Assembly (NCBI GenBank): GCA_023259115.1
Contig: JAHFQW010000001.1
Coordinates: forward strand, 81,937 to 145,936
Direction of reading: 5' to 3'
Length of the DNA stretch: 64,000 bases
Source: an archaeon
GTDB taxonomy: Archaea; Nanobdellota; Nanobdellia; Woesearchaeales; GW2011-AR9
In this document: positions 40,330 to 51,100 of the stretch, one piece after another
Position numbering within the stretch: position 1 is the first letter of the stretch
How the letters are laid out: the number at the start of each line of letters is the position of its first letter
Notes under the pieces: generated by a model
The model's input: the letters and a program-made list of their open reading frames with translations, nothing else
What the model was told of the DNA's origin: nothing
Database searches by the model: none
Translations under genes and position numbers: made by a program

Positions 40330-40459
40330 TATAGTAATGGTGAATAGTTTTCGAATTCGAGTCACTCCGTTCGTGACTTTGCTAAAGCAAAGCTTTGTTC
40401 ACCATTACTAATAAGTAAATGTGTAGATTAATATTCGATTATTTTACACATTTACTATA
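40330..40459 (+). mobile_element. 130-bp TA-flanked twin-hairpin element (TATAG family, divergent stems)
   Basis: TAGTAATGGTGAA/TTCACCATTACTA, CTAATAAG junction, AGTAAATGTGTA/TACACATTTACT, ends CTATA. Confidence 0.65.
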
Positions 40460-40507
40460 TTATTCAGTATAGAAATGATTATAAATCTGTTTTCTCTCTA
40501 TTTTTTT

Positions 40508-40855
40508 ATGGTGGAAGAATATATTTGTCCTATTGATGGTTCATCGATGAGGTCTGAGAATTTAGGTGATGGGCATGAGAGTGATTTTGGGGCGGTGTGT
40601 GGAACATGTCAATTTGAATATTCTCGCCGTGCGCCTGGTGATCTTGAAGATCAGGCGAGGAGATATGTGTCTGGGGTAATTGATAAATATCAAGGTTTAA
40701 AATCACGAGCTCAAGGTTATTTGCAGCAACTTCGTGATGAGAAACCGGGCTTAGAGGCTAAGCTTGATTTGTTGAAGAAGTGTGCACAGGGTGAATTTTC
40801 TGAGCCATTGGCTTGTGTGATGAAATATGAGATTAAGATAAGCGAGAGATTGTAA
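40508..40855 (+). CDS. Hypothetical Zn-ribbon plus coiled-coil protein
   Basis: CPID...CGTC. Confidence 0.55.
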   Translation: MVEEYICPIDGSSMRSENLGDGHESDFGAVCGTCQFEYSRRAPGDLEDQARRYVSGVIDKYQGLKSRAQGYLQQLRDEKPGLEAKLDLLKKCAQGEFSEPLACVMKYEIKISERL

Positions 40856-40937
40856 TCTTTTGTTTACTTCTCATTTTGTTTAAGATACTTCTTTACTAAA
40901 GAAAAGCATAAAAAGGTTAAGTGATTTTAGGTTGTTT

Positions 40938-41369
40938 ATGGATAAAGCATTTTACAAGTTTTTGGATCATACGGCGGATGTGATGTTTGTGGCGAAAGCG
41001 GCAACGTTACCTGAATTGTTTGAGCAGTGTGCTCTGGCAACAGAAGAGACAATGGTGGATGTTGCGAAGGTGAAGCAGAAGGAGCAGACGAAAATTTTAA
41101 TTGAGGAGAAGACGGTGGAACAGCTGCTGTTTAGTTTTTTGGATGAGTTGGTGTTTTTTAAGGATTATAAACAGATGATGTTTAGTACATTTGAGATTCA
41201 GATTGGTGAGGTAAAAGAGGGCTATGAGTTGAAGTGTGTGGCGCATGGGGAGAAGCTGGATATGACAAGACATAATCCTAAAGTAGATGTGAAAGCAGTT
41301 ACTATGCATTTGTTTAAAGTGGAGCAGAGTAATGGGTTGTGGAAGGCGCAGGTGATTTTGGATATTTGA
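40938..41369 (+). CDS. Archease
   Basis: FLDHTAD, DVKAVTMH, ILDI C-terminus. Confidence 0.93.
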   Translation: MDKAFYKFLDHTADVMFVAKAATLPELFEQCALATEETMVDVAKVKQKEQTKILIEEKTVEQLLFSFLDELVFFKDYKQMMFSTFEIQIGEVKEGYELKCVAHGEKLDMTRHNPKVDVKAVTMHLFKVEQSNGLWKAQVILDI

Positions 41370-41404
41370 GAATATTTATATAGCTTGTTTTGTTTCTTGC
41401 TCTT

Positions 41405-42253
41405 ATGAGAAGAGGATGTTTATGGTTACTGGGGTTATTGCTGTTTATAGTGGGATGTAGTTCTATTCATAATTATTTGAATAGTTCTCTTGATAAAAAT
41501 ACTTTTGTTGTGAATGATTCAGTGGCAAGTTCTGTAATTTCTGCGGGTGATGTTTCTACGAGGAATGTTTCGGTTAATGAAACGCAGATTACTACGCAGA
41601 TTACTATTAAAGAGAGTATAGATAATTCTGTGGGTTATAATACATTTTGTACAGAATTATCTAATAAGACAATTCTGAATAGTTGTCATATAAGTAACAG
41701 AATTGTCTATAATATTACTGTTTGTTCTGCGCAATGGGTTTGTTTGAACTCAAAGACGAAAATATATAGGGTACAAAATTGTAGTTTTACGCAACGAGTG
41801 GATTGCAAGTTTGGGTGTAAGAATGATTCTTGTGCGATTGCACCAGTATGCAAGGCGGGGTGGAATTGTGATGGAAACTATTATCGTGGGTATCGAATGG
41901 AGAGTTGTGAATTTATAAAGAGGGAAAAATGTGAGTTTGGTTGTAGAGAGGGTGATTGTTCGGTTGAGGTTGTTGAAAATACATCAACAATTATTGTTAA
42001 AACGGGAGTGGAGGAGGCAAGGCCGGCGTTGGCAACGCTTAATTCTGGTGATATGGTCTTGTTGAAGAATCATAATGTGACTATTTATACGATGACGGAT
42101 GAACAAGTAATTCTGATTATCGATGGGAGGAAAAGCAATCTACTCAAGGAAGGTGAGAGTGTTACGCGTGATGATTTGACGATTGTGGTGGAAGAGATTT
42201 TATTTCAAGCGTATGGGGAAGGAAAGAAGATGATTAGTTATACGGTTACATGA
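41405..42253 (+). CDS. Cys-rich lipoprotein-like surface protein with in-frame 31-aa insert
   Basis: LFIVGC lipobox-like motif; CxxGC repeats. Confidence 0.7.
   Translation: MRRGCLWLLGLLLFIVGCSSIHNYLNSSLDKNTFVVNDSVASSVISAGDVSTRNVSVNETQITTQITIKESIDNSVGYNTFCTELSNKTILNSCHISNRIVYNITVCSAQWVCLNSKTKIYRVQNCSFTQRVDCKFGCKNDSCAIAPVCKAGWNCDGNYYRGYRMESCEFIKREKCEFGCREGDCSVEVVENTSTIIVKTGVEEARPALATLNSGDMVLLKNHNVTIYTMTDEQVILIIDGRKSNLLKEGESVTRDDLTIVVEEILFQAYGEGKKMISYTVT
41617..41711 (+). mobile_element. 93-bp in-frame twin-hairpin insertion plus TA, copy 1
   Basis: Near-identical to 48623-48717 and 57203-57297; 15-bp terminal inverted repeat with 1 mismatch. Confidence 0.9.
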
Positions 42254-42268
42254 TTTTTTGAGGAAGTT

Positions 42269-42814
42269 ATGGCAGATACACTTTTTTCATTGGCGGAAGG
42301 AATTAGACGTTGTACGGCGTGTCCTCTTTATAAGAATAGAACACTGGCAGTGCCAGGTGAAGGAGGAGTTGGTGCGCGCTTGATGTTGATTGGGGAAGCG
42401 CCGGGAGCGCAAGAAGATCGAGTGGGGTTGCCGTTTGTGGGTAGATCGGGGAAGTTTTTGGATTTGATGCTGCAGAAAATTGGTTTGTTGCGCAATGAGG
42501 TATTTGTGACGGGGGCGTGTAAGTGCAGACCGCTTGATAATAGGATGCCGATGCACAAAGAGCTTGTGATGTGTCGGGAGTTGTGGCTGAACAAGCAAAT
42601 TGAGCTTGTGAGTGCAAGAGTTGTGGTATTGCTTGGTGGAGCGGCGTTATGGTCGGTGCTGGGTGAGAAAGATGTGAAGAAGTGGCATGGACGGGTGGTT
42701 GTGCGAGATGCTCGGATGTATTTTGTGACGTATCATCCGGCAGCGGGGATGAGATTTCCAGCGATTAGAAAGATTATGGAGAGAGATTTTGAAAAGTTGA
42801 AGAAGATGGTGTGA
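42269..42814 (+). CDS. Uracil-DNA glycosylase family 4
   Basis: CTAC, GEAPG, PFVG, YHPAA. Confidence 0.92.
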   Translation: MADTLFSLAEGIRRCTACPLYKNRTLAVPGEGGVGARLMLIGEAPGAQEDRVGLPFVGRSGKFLDLMLQKIGLLRNEVFVTGACKCRPLDNRMPMHKELVMCRELWLNKQIELVSARVVVLLGGAALWSVLGEKDVKKWHGRVVVRDARMYFVTYHPAAGMRFPAIRKIMERDFEKLKKMV

Positions 42815-42867
42815 TAGAGATATTCTAATCTCATAAATTTAATAAAGTATTCCGAGGTTTTAAGAGT

Positions 42868-43365
42868 ATGGTTTCAAGAAGCTCGGGTTTAGTTCAATAT
42901 TCTGGCGATTTTCATCATTTAGTACTGCGTGATCTTGAGAGATTTTATGAGTTATCTCATTTTTCTTCAGGTAGTTCTAGGTTGGAAGATTATAAAGGGT
43001 CTCAATTCATGTCCGCCTCTTTTTTATTTCATCATCCCTCACATGGTTTCTTCAAGTCGGGTAGTACTTCTGATTTTAATTCAAATCTTGAAGATGTATT
43101 GGGATTGTTTTCTTCTTATTTTAATGCGCATGGAAATACAGAGAAGATATTGGGGGATTATGGTGCTCTTTCTCTTTTAAAATTATTACCTACTGTATCA
43201 CAGAGCTTAAATCTTACTTTAGATGAAAAGATGGAGATGTATGTTAAACGGTTTGATGATAATATGATTCAGTTTGCTTCGTTTGGTTTAGAATATACCC
43301 CTAAGCTAAATGTAGCAAAAGGGACAAGAGGGATATTATATGGACAGATTACTCTGTTTGGATAA
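42868..43365 (+). CDS. Hypothetical protein
   Basis: 165-aa ORF. Confidence 0.5.
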   Translation: MVSRSSGLVQYSGDFHHLVLRDLERFYELSHFSSGSSRLEDYKGSQFMSASFLFHHPSHGFFKSGSTSDFNSNLEDVLGLFSSYFNAHGNTEKILGDYGALSLLKLLPTVSQSLNLTLDEKMEMYVKRFDDNMIQFASFGLEYTPKLNVAKGTRGILYGQITLFG

Positions 43366-43435
43366 TTACTGTTGTATCTATATCTCTTCTTTATATCTTT
43401 CTTCTTTAAATGTGTGTGAAATCTATGTGTTAAAG

Positions 43436-43642
43436 TATAGATAATTCTGCAGATTAGATTACATTTGGCAGAATTATCTAATATAACGAAGGACACAAAT
43501 AATCAATAAAATAGTTGTGTCCTTCGAATATAGTAAGTGATATTTGTATAAATATTTAGGTCACTTACTATAAGTAAATTCTGTCGATAATGATTATCAA
43601 ATATAATACCAAAAATTAGCATAATTAACAGAATTTACTATA
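43436..43642 (+). mobile_element. 207-bp four-hairpin TATAG-family element overlapping the 3' end of the downstream convergent gene
   Basis: TATAGATAATTCTG ... CAGAATTTACTATA with four internal stems. Confidence 0.75.
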
Positions 43643-44548
43643 ATTTCCTGCTCTGTCAAATACGTAATGTTTTAGATCAATCCATTGTTTTAATGCGGTA
43701 TATATCTCTTTTTGGTGTTGTGTTTTGAGATGAGATAGTCCCTCTTGGTATAGTTTTTCTGCTTTTTTTTCAAGGGTTATCATTATTTCCTGTCTGGTTT
43801 TTGGTGTGTTTCCTTGTTCTTTTATTTTCAATACGGGGTACGTAGGGGTATTATTTTTAAGATCTTCATTGAGGTCTATCATGTCATCAAGTAATTTTAA
43901 GTAGCCGCCGAGATTATAGATGGCATGGATGGTGTTCTTATCGTTGGATTTCTGAGAATATTGTGCGATTACTGCAGGAATTAAGAAGCAGCATCCACCC
44001 ACTTCTATGGCATGATCTATTGATTGTTCTAAATCAGTATTTTTACTTTCTTCAATAATGGCAATTACTGTTCTTTCATATATCTCTTTTAGAGAGGGGA
44101 GAGATTGGTTTTTATGATATTGTTGGTAGGAGTATTCTGCTTGGCTTAGAACGATTTTTCTCTCGATGTCAGTTGTGGTTTTTGTTCTTCCTTCAAACAT
44201 GACATCCATGATACTTTCTAAGAATTGCTGGGATTCTTTTGGCGTCATTTTTTCTTGGTCGATGATGTTATCTGCACGATCGTTGAGAGTGGCGTAGAGG
44301 ATGTTTCTTTTGATGATTTCTGTGGATTGTTTTTTTTGAGGTGCTTGTGAATGGAGAAGTTCATATATTTTTACACCCAGAACGCCGGTAAATTGAAATG
44401 CGAGGGTGCTTTTGCTTTTCTGAAAGTGTTGGCCTAACGCATCAGCGGGGTATTGTTGGTTGAGAAATTTTGTTTGTTCTTCTATGAATTCGTGTACTAT
44501 TTTTTTTGCGCAGAGGGCTTCAAGTCCAAGGGAGAGGAATTGGTTCAT
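43625..44548 (-). CDS. Class 1 isoprenoid synthase-fold protein
   Basis: NDRADNIID and LLDDMIDLNED aspartate-rich motifs, TPTYP. Confidence 0.7.
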   Translation of the reverse strand: MNQFLSLGLEALCAKKIVHEFIEEQTKFLNQQYPADALGQHFQKSKSTLAFQFTGVLGVKIYELLHSQAPQKKQSTEIIKRNILYATLNDRADNIIDQEKMTPKESQQFLESIMDVMFEGRTKTTTDIERKIVLSQAEYSYQQYHKNQSLPSLKEIYERTVIAIIEESKNTDLEQSIDHAIEVGGCCFLIPAVIAQYSQKSNDKNTIHAIYNLGGYLKLLDDMIDLNEDLKNNTPTYPVLKIKEQGNTPKTRQEIMITLEKKAEKLYQEGLSHLKTQHQKEIYTALKQWIDLKHYVFDRAGNYSKFC

Positions 44549-44994
44549 GTTTTTTCTTTTCGATTATTAGAGGTATATTTTGGAGCATATTTTTCAAATG
44601 TTTCTTTGCTGCCAAGATAGAGGATGATATATTCTCCAGCACCGATGAAGTAGGCTTTTTTTTCTGTTGGTAGAGGGGTTATGCCTAGATTTATCCTATT
44701 TTGGTTATCTAATTTTAATTCTCTTAGTCCATGGATTTGTTGTAATTTTTCAAGTGTTTGTTCTAGGTCGAATTTTTGATCTAGAGGTGAGGGAATATGT
44801 TCCCATTGGTGTTTGATGTATTGTTCAGGGTAGATGAAATAGAGGGGTGTATTGTTTTCTAGATGATTCTCTGGTTTCTGTTCCTGAAGATAGATTTTTT
44901 CTGGCTGGATTTGTTTACAGATTTCTGCGGGAAGATAACATCTACATTTATGATCTAGAGATACTTCGTGTCGATTGGTAAAGCGCAGGGACAT
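44545..44994 (-). CDS. MraZ-like (SpoVT/AbrB) regulator
   Basis: FTNRHEVSLDHKCRCYLP, LDNQNRI, FIGAGEYI. Confidence 0.65.
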   Translation of the reverse strand: MSLRFTNRHEVSLDHKCRCYLPAEICKQIQPEKIYLQEQKPENHLENNTPLYFIYPEQYIKHQWEHIPSPLDQKFDLEQTLEKLQQIHGLRELKLDNQNRINLGITPLPTEKKAYFIGAGEYIILYLGSKETFEKYAPKYTSNNRKEKT

Positions 44995-45123
44995 GTGGTT
45001 TTCTTTGATTTATAGTAATTGTGAATAATTTTTGTATATTTGCTATACTTTCTTTTAGTATTTTAACATTTCTTAGTATTCTAACACTTAGAAACCATAA
45101 CTTCTTTTTTGACTAATAAAAAG

Positions 45124-45221
45124 TAGCGGGGGGTGGACTTTCAGAGTTCTTGTGAACTTATTTGAACCACCGACCTATGGGTTATGAGCCCATCGGGCAC
45201 TCCGAGCTACCCTACCCCGCT
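45124..45221 (-). tRNA. tRNA-iMet(CAT) with a 23-nt T-loop intron (45138-45160)
   Basis: AGCGGGG acceptor with A1-U72; GGG/CCC anticodon stem; CAT; BHB TTCA/TGAA with AAT and AGT bulges. Confidence 0.9.
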
Positions 45222-45341
45222 ATATATCTTAGAAAAGAGGAGTGTTTTAAAAAGGTTTGGTTTGGATTTGGTATAATTTTTGGTGGAAGATTTGCTTTTA
45301 TGAGGTTAATATTTATAAATAATCTATCATTCTGATGATGT

Positions 45342-45986
45342 ATGGTAACACCATATACTTTTACATTACGTGAACAATTGAATGCGCTCAATGGTTTAGA
45401 ACAGCAGGTTGGCTCGCTTTTTGTGGATAATCCATTTTTTACTAAAGCGGATAATAAATTTTCCTCTGCCTCTGAGGCTGTTCTTATGACTTTTCTTCAA
45501 CATAATCCATTAGTATATGCGGTGGCAAAAGGAGAAGAATCGTATGTTCGCAAGATTCAACCCATTTGTGAGCGATATGATTCTGTGTGGAAAAGAGTTA
45601 GGCTATCTGTGAAAGATGAGGCGTTTGATACCTATGTTGATGAGATATTAGGTTCGATGAATTCGGTTGGGGAAGTATCTATGCCTGTGGATAATTTTAA
45701 ACTAACTTCGCGGCGTGAGGAGTTTCTTCAACTTAATAAATCGTCTGGAGTGATGGGACTTATGATGGGATCACTATTTGGTGCGCCGCCGTATTTTTCA
45801 GAAATTACGTATGGTAAGCTTTTGGGTGTAGGCATATTTTCACTGAGTGTTTTGGGTTTTCCTGGCTTGATTAATGGTATTCAATCTGGAAAAACTCATT
45901 CTTTTGTAAAAGAGTTATATCTGGATGCTGAAAAGACGGATACGTTTTTGCGTGAGACTTATATTAAACATAGTGGACAGAAATAA
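45342..45986 (+). CDS. Hypothetical membrane protein
   Basis: Two hydrophobic segments near the C-terminus. Confidence 0.55.
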   Translation: MVTPYTFTLREQLNALNGLEQQVGSLFVDNPFFTKADNKFSSASEAVLMTFLQHNPLVYAVAKGEESYVRKIQPICERYDSVWKRVRLSVKDEAFDTYVDEILGSMNSVGEVSMPVDNFKLTSRREEFLQLNKSSGVMGLMMGSLFGAPPYFSEITYGKLLGVGIFSLSVLGFPGLINGIQSGKTHSFVKELYLDAEKTDTFLRETYIKHSGQK

Positions 45987-46056
45987 AAATATTTTTTTTC
46001 TTTATTTTTCTATATAATATTCTATATAATATGTAACAGTTTTTTAGAGTATTCTC

Positions 46057-46971
46057 TTATGAATTTTCATTGGCGGGATAAATGACTTCACCATTATATG
46101 TTCCACCGATACTTTTGGTTTTTTGGTCTTTCTGGGTGTTTTCTGCTACTGGTCCACAATCGGGATTGAGGGGAGCTGATATGAACGTATTTTTTTCGAA
46201 CATTGGTTTGGCGTTGAATTCGCAGTTGAGGCTGAGTTGTGCGTCATGAATGTTGTTGTTTTTGATGAAATTGTTGCTTTGGGTTTTAATGCCAATGGCT
46301 TGATGCCAGCAGTGATCGATTTCGTTGTGTTCGATGAGATTTCCTGCAGAGAAAATGTCGATGCAACTCCAGAGGGAGTGATGGATGTGGCTTTGACGAA
46401 TGATGATATTTCCTCCCTCAATGTCATTTTGGAGGTTGATGCCGTTATGAGCATAGGAGAGTTCGATATTTTCAAGAATGCTGTCTTTGTATAATACTAA
46501 TTCATCCCAATCAGCGTATTCTGGTTGTTTTTGTGCTGAGGTGAAGAGGATTGGTTGTTGAGTTGTGCCGTGGGCGATGATTTTGGCGGTGAGGTCGAAG
46601 TGAGTTGTGGCGTAGTTCTCTTTGCCGGTGGGGTCGTTATGATTTTTGATGAAGTCGTCGGCGGAGTTTGACCAAGGAATTTCTTTGGTTACTTTGTTTT
46701 CATTGGTGTTTTTATTGATATTTTCATCAGGGATTTTTTCAAAGAGAATTGTTGTACCGGGTTCAATGTAGAGTGTGGTCCAAGGTAAAAAGAGGGTGTC
46801 TTTGGTTATGGTGATGGTGCCAGACCATTGGTGAGGGAGGAAGTAGGTGCCGCCGATAGTTATGTCTTTATCTTGCAGAATGATTTTTTGTGATAGATAG
46901 TATAGGGTGATGAGTGCGATTATGCTGATGACTATTACTAATTTGATGAATGCTTTTTTTGATTTGAACAT
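46057..46971 (-). CDS. Membrane-anchored right-handed parallel beta-helix protein
   Basis: N-terminal TM; GTxxxPIxFTS; repeated N-x-I-x-x-N units. Confidence 0.75.
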   Translation of the reverse strand: MFKSKKAFIKLVIVISIIALITLYYLSQKIILQDKDITIGGTYFLPHQWSGTITITKDTLFLPWTTLYIEPGTTILFEKIPDENINKNTNENKVTKEIPWSNSADDFIKNHNDPTGKENYATTHFDLTAKIIAHGTTQQPILFTSAQKQPEYADWDELVLYKDSILENIELSYAHNGINLQNDIEGGNIIIRQSHIHHSLWSCIDIFSAGNLIEHNEIDHCWHQAIGIKTQSNNFIKNNNIHDAQLSLNCEFNAKPMFEKNTFISAPLNPDCGPVAENTQKDQKTKSIGGTYNGEVIYPANENS

Positions 46972-47116
46972 TTCTTTGTTATATTCTTCTCATTTAAATA
47001 TATAATTATCTTACTACTCAGAGGTTAAGTGAAGAGGGTGTTGGTTTAGGCGGCGGCTTTTTCTACAGGGATGTCTAAGAATAACATTTATATAGGTTGG
47101 TTTGTTTTTATGATGT

Positions 47117-48055
47117 ATGAGTGTTATAAGAAAAGTGGATGGGGAGAATGGGGGGAGAAGTAAGTCTATTTTGTTTACGATTTTAATATTATTTTTGGTT
47201 TTTTTTGTGGTGATTCCACTTGCAACGAGTTTTTTATTTGATAAGAAATTATCAGGGAATATTGCAATTATTCCTATTGAGGGGGAGATTACTAGTGATG
47301 GTTCATCTTCTTATTTTGGTTCGAGTTCAGTTGGTTCAAGTCAAATTGTTGATTTTATTGAACAGGCGGATGAGAATAGTAATGTTAAAGTGATTTTGCT
47401 TGAGATAAATTCTCCGGGGGGGTCGGCGGTGGCATCAGATGAAATTGCGGCGGCGGTTAAGAGTGCGAAAAAACCGGTGGTTGCGTTAATTCGAGAAGCA
47501 GGGGCAAGCGGGGCGTATTGGATTGCGTCTGCATCGGATCATATTGTTGCAAATAGAATGTCGATTACAGGGAGTATTGGAGTGGTTGCATCTTATTTAG
47601 AGTTTAGTGGACTGATGGAGAAGTATGGGGTTGGGTATCAACGCATGGTTGCAGGTAAAGAAAAAGATTTAGGAACGCCCTATCGTAAATTAACACCAGA
47701 GGAAGAGGGGATTATGCAGAAGAAGTTAGATATATTGCATGGATATTTTATTGATGAGGTGGCGTTCAATCGCAAGTTACCTCGGGAAAAAGTGGTGGAG
47801 TTGGCGACAGGAGAATTTTATCTTGGTTCTGAGGCGTTACAGTTAGGTTTAGTTGATGAGTTGGGTGATATTCATACGGCGGAACAATATATTAATAAAA
47901 CGTATGGGACGGGTGCGCCAGAGTATGTTCGATATGAGCCAGAAAAAGGTTTTTTGCAGATGTTGACAGGGGCTGAGGCGGATTTTGCGTATCATTTTGG
48001 GCAAGGAATTGGTTCGATGTTTGTGAAGCAAGATACAGGATTGCAATTGAAGTAG
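47117..48055 (+). CDS. sppA: Signal peptide peptidase SppA (S49)
   Basis: INSPGGS, ASGAYWIA, TGSIGV, GLVDELG. Confidence 0.92.
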   Translation: MSVIRKVDGENGGRSKSILFTILILFLVFFVVIPLATSFLFDKKLSGNIAIIPIEGEITSDGSSSYFGSSSVGSSQIVDFIEQADENSNVKVILLEINSPGGSAVASDEIAAAVKSAKKPVVALIREAGASGAYWIASASDHIVANRMSITGSIGVVASYLEFSGLMEKYGVGYQRMVAGKEKDLGTPYRKLTPEEEGIMQKKLDILHGYFIDEVAFNRKLPREKVVELATGEFYLGSEALQLGLVDELGDIHTAEQYINKTYGTGAPEYVRYEPEKGFLQMLTGAEADFAYHFGQGIGSMFVKQDTGLQLK

Positions 48056-48164
48056 GAAGTTAAAATAAAGAAGTTAAAATAAGAAGTAGAAATAGAATGT
48101 AGAAGAATTTAGGCTGTGACTTTGTGTTTGTGTTGCTAAGTTGGTTGTTGAGAGCGGTTTTGCG

Positions 48165-51100
48165 ATGAAGAAGGTGGTTTTATTATTGTTGGTACTCTTG
48201 GTTTCTTTTTCTATTGTGTATGCTGCTGATGTGCATGTTGATGCGAAGGTGCAGGAGGCGTTGGTGCATGGTTCAAATGCGTCGGTGATTGTGGTGCTCA
48301 AGCATTCTTCAAGTGCCGTGGCTGATTTAGGTTTAGAGAGTGCAGGGGCTGATGATGAGATGGTTGCTTCTGTTGGTGGTGGTGATGGTAGTAATAGATT
48401 TAGGGGTTTGAGAGGCACTCGCGTTTTAAAAGAGGTGGAATTACGTGAGGAGCGTCAAAAACAGGAAGCGAGAGTTGTAGAAGAAAATGTACTTGGGGGG
48501 TTACGAGTGCGAGAAGAGGGGATAGTGAAAAACTCGATGAATAACTCAGTGACAAATTTAGTGACAAACTCAGAGAAAAGTTTGGGGAATAGTTCAGGGT
48601 TGGATGTTGAGGATGTAGTTAGTATAGATGATTCTGTGGGTTATAATACATTTTGTACAGAATTATCTAATAAGACAATTCTGAATAGTTGTCATATCAG
48701 TAACAGAATTGTCTATAATGATACTTATGATATTGCGCTACGTACACGATATAATTTATTTAATGGATTTAGCGGTGATGTGACGGCAGAGGGATTGAAA
48801 AAATTGCAGGAAAATTCACAAGTTGAGAGTGTGTATCTGGATGAGGAGCGGCATGTGTTTTTAACGGATTCGGTGCCGCAGATTAATGCAAATAAAGTGT
48901 GGAATTTTTCGCTGAGTCATTATAATATTACAGGTGTTGGGGAAACGGTGTGTGTGGTTGATACGGGTATCAATTATAGCCATAGTGGATTAGGTGGAGG
49001 ATTAGGTATTCGAGTGATTGATGGATATGATTTTGTGAATTCAGATACAGATCCGGCAGATGATCATGGCCATGGTACGCATGTGGCAGGAATTATTGGT
49101 TCAAATGATAGTGTGTATAGAGGTGTTGCACCGGGAGTTAAATTTGTGGCGTTGAAAGCGTGTAATTCAGGTGGCTCATGTAGTGATTCTAATGTGTTGT
49201 CAAGTATTAGTTGGTGTATTGATAATTCAACTATCTATAATATCTCGGTGATTAGTATTAGTTTAGGCGGGGGTCAATATACGAGTTATTGCGACAATGA
49301 TGTGAATTCGCAGTATCATTCGTTGATTGGTCAGGCGGTAGGGAAGAATATCAGTGTGGTTATTGCAACGGGGAATACGGGAAGCACGTATACCAATAAT
49401 ACAGGAGGTATTGCGGCGCCGGCGTGTATCCAGAATGCGACACGAGTAAGTGCGGTGGATAAATCGGATGTGATGGCGAGTTATGCGTTTCGGCATTTTA
49501 ATTTTACAGATATTATTGCAGCGCCCGGGAGTTCTATTACGTCGTTATCGTATACAGGTGGAACGACGACGTTATCGGGTACATCGATGTCGACACCGCA
49601 TGTGTCAGGAGCTGTTGCGTTGATGCGGCAGTATTGGCGATTAGCATATACGCAGACGCCGTCGGTTAGTTTTGTGACAAATAAGATTCTCAAGACGGGA
49701 GTTTCTATTGATGATACGGGAAGTGGATCTACGTTGATAATTCCTCGTGTTAATATATTGGCGTTGCTACAGCCATTCATTAATTATACCACGACGAGCG
49801 TGGTAAATGGATCGGTGCGTAATGTGAATACGGCGTTGATTAACATTAGTTCAGATGTGAATTTAAGCTCTGCGTTGTTGGAGTGGCATTATAATAATGG
49901 GACGATTCGCAATATTTCGATGAGTTCTTTTAATGGTACGAGTTATTCTTTAACGCTTGGCAATTTGGCGGATGGGACGGATTTTTATGAGGTATATGGG
50001 AATGATACCGCGAATACGTTTGGGCAAATAAGTATTCGTAATATTACCGTTGATGCAACGGTGCCGGCAGTTACGGTTGTAAATCCAGCGAATGGCACAA
50101 ATATGAGTAGTGGTAGCGCAGCGTTTAATGCGACGGTTTTGGAGAAGAATATTGATAGTGTATTATTTAGTTTTGATAATGTGACGGGAAGCGGGGTGGC
50201 GTTTAATGTGACGGCAACGAATAGCAGCGGCAATTGGAATGCGAATGTGGATTTGACGCGGTTGAAGGAAGGTAGGCATGTGATGAATGTACTGGCAAAT
50301 GATACGGCAGGGAATTATAATAGGTCTTCAATTGTGCAATTTGTGGTGGATAGAACGGCGCCGAATGTGACGGTTATTATACCGTTTTCTAATCGTAATT
50401 TCACGTTGAGTTCAGGCAATCAGACGTTTAATGTTTCATTGCGGGAGAGTTTGTTAACGGTAGATTCAGTTATTTTTAGTTTTGATAATGCGAGTGGTGT
50501 GAATTTTAATGTGACGGCGCAGAATAATTCAGGGTATTGGGCTGTATCTTATAATGTGTCGAGTTTAGCTGAAGGGAGCCATACGATGACGGTGCTTGCT
50601 AATGATACGGTGGGGAATTATAATCGGACGGTAAATGTATCGTTTACGGTGGATTTTACGGTGCCAAGTGTGACGTTGAATGCGCCGAGCGCGGGAGTAG
50701 TGTTTACAATAGTATCTAGCAACCAGACGTTTAATGCAACGATTCGCGATGGTGTTAGCGGGGTGCGTGATGTGGTATTTAGTTTTGCTAATTCTACTAC
50801 GGGGTTTAATGTGACGGCGCAGAATAATTCAGGCTATTGGATTGTTTCATATAATGTTTCTACGTTGGGACATGGCAGTCATAGTATAGTGGTGTTTGCT
50901 AATGATTCAGCGGGTAATATGAATACGACAAGTTCGGTGAGTTTTACAGTGGATTTAGATACACCTCTGGCGATTTTAAATAGTCCGGTGGATTTTTTTA
51001 ATTCTTCTACGGCATTACTGGTGTTTAATTGTTCTACTTTGGATAATACCAGTTTGTTGAATGTGACGTTGTATGGAAATTGGAGCAGTGGCTGGCATGG

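Noticed and set aside
48057-48110. Short GAAGTTAAAATAA tandem repeats
   Set aside because: Low-complexity slippage with no spacer structure.
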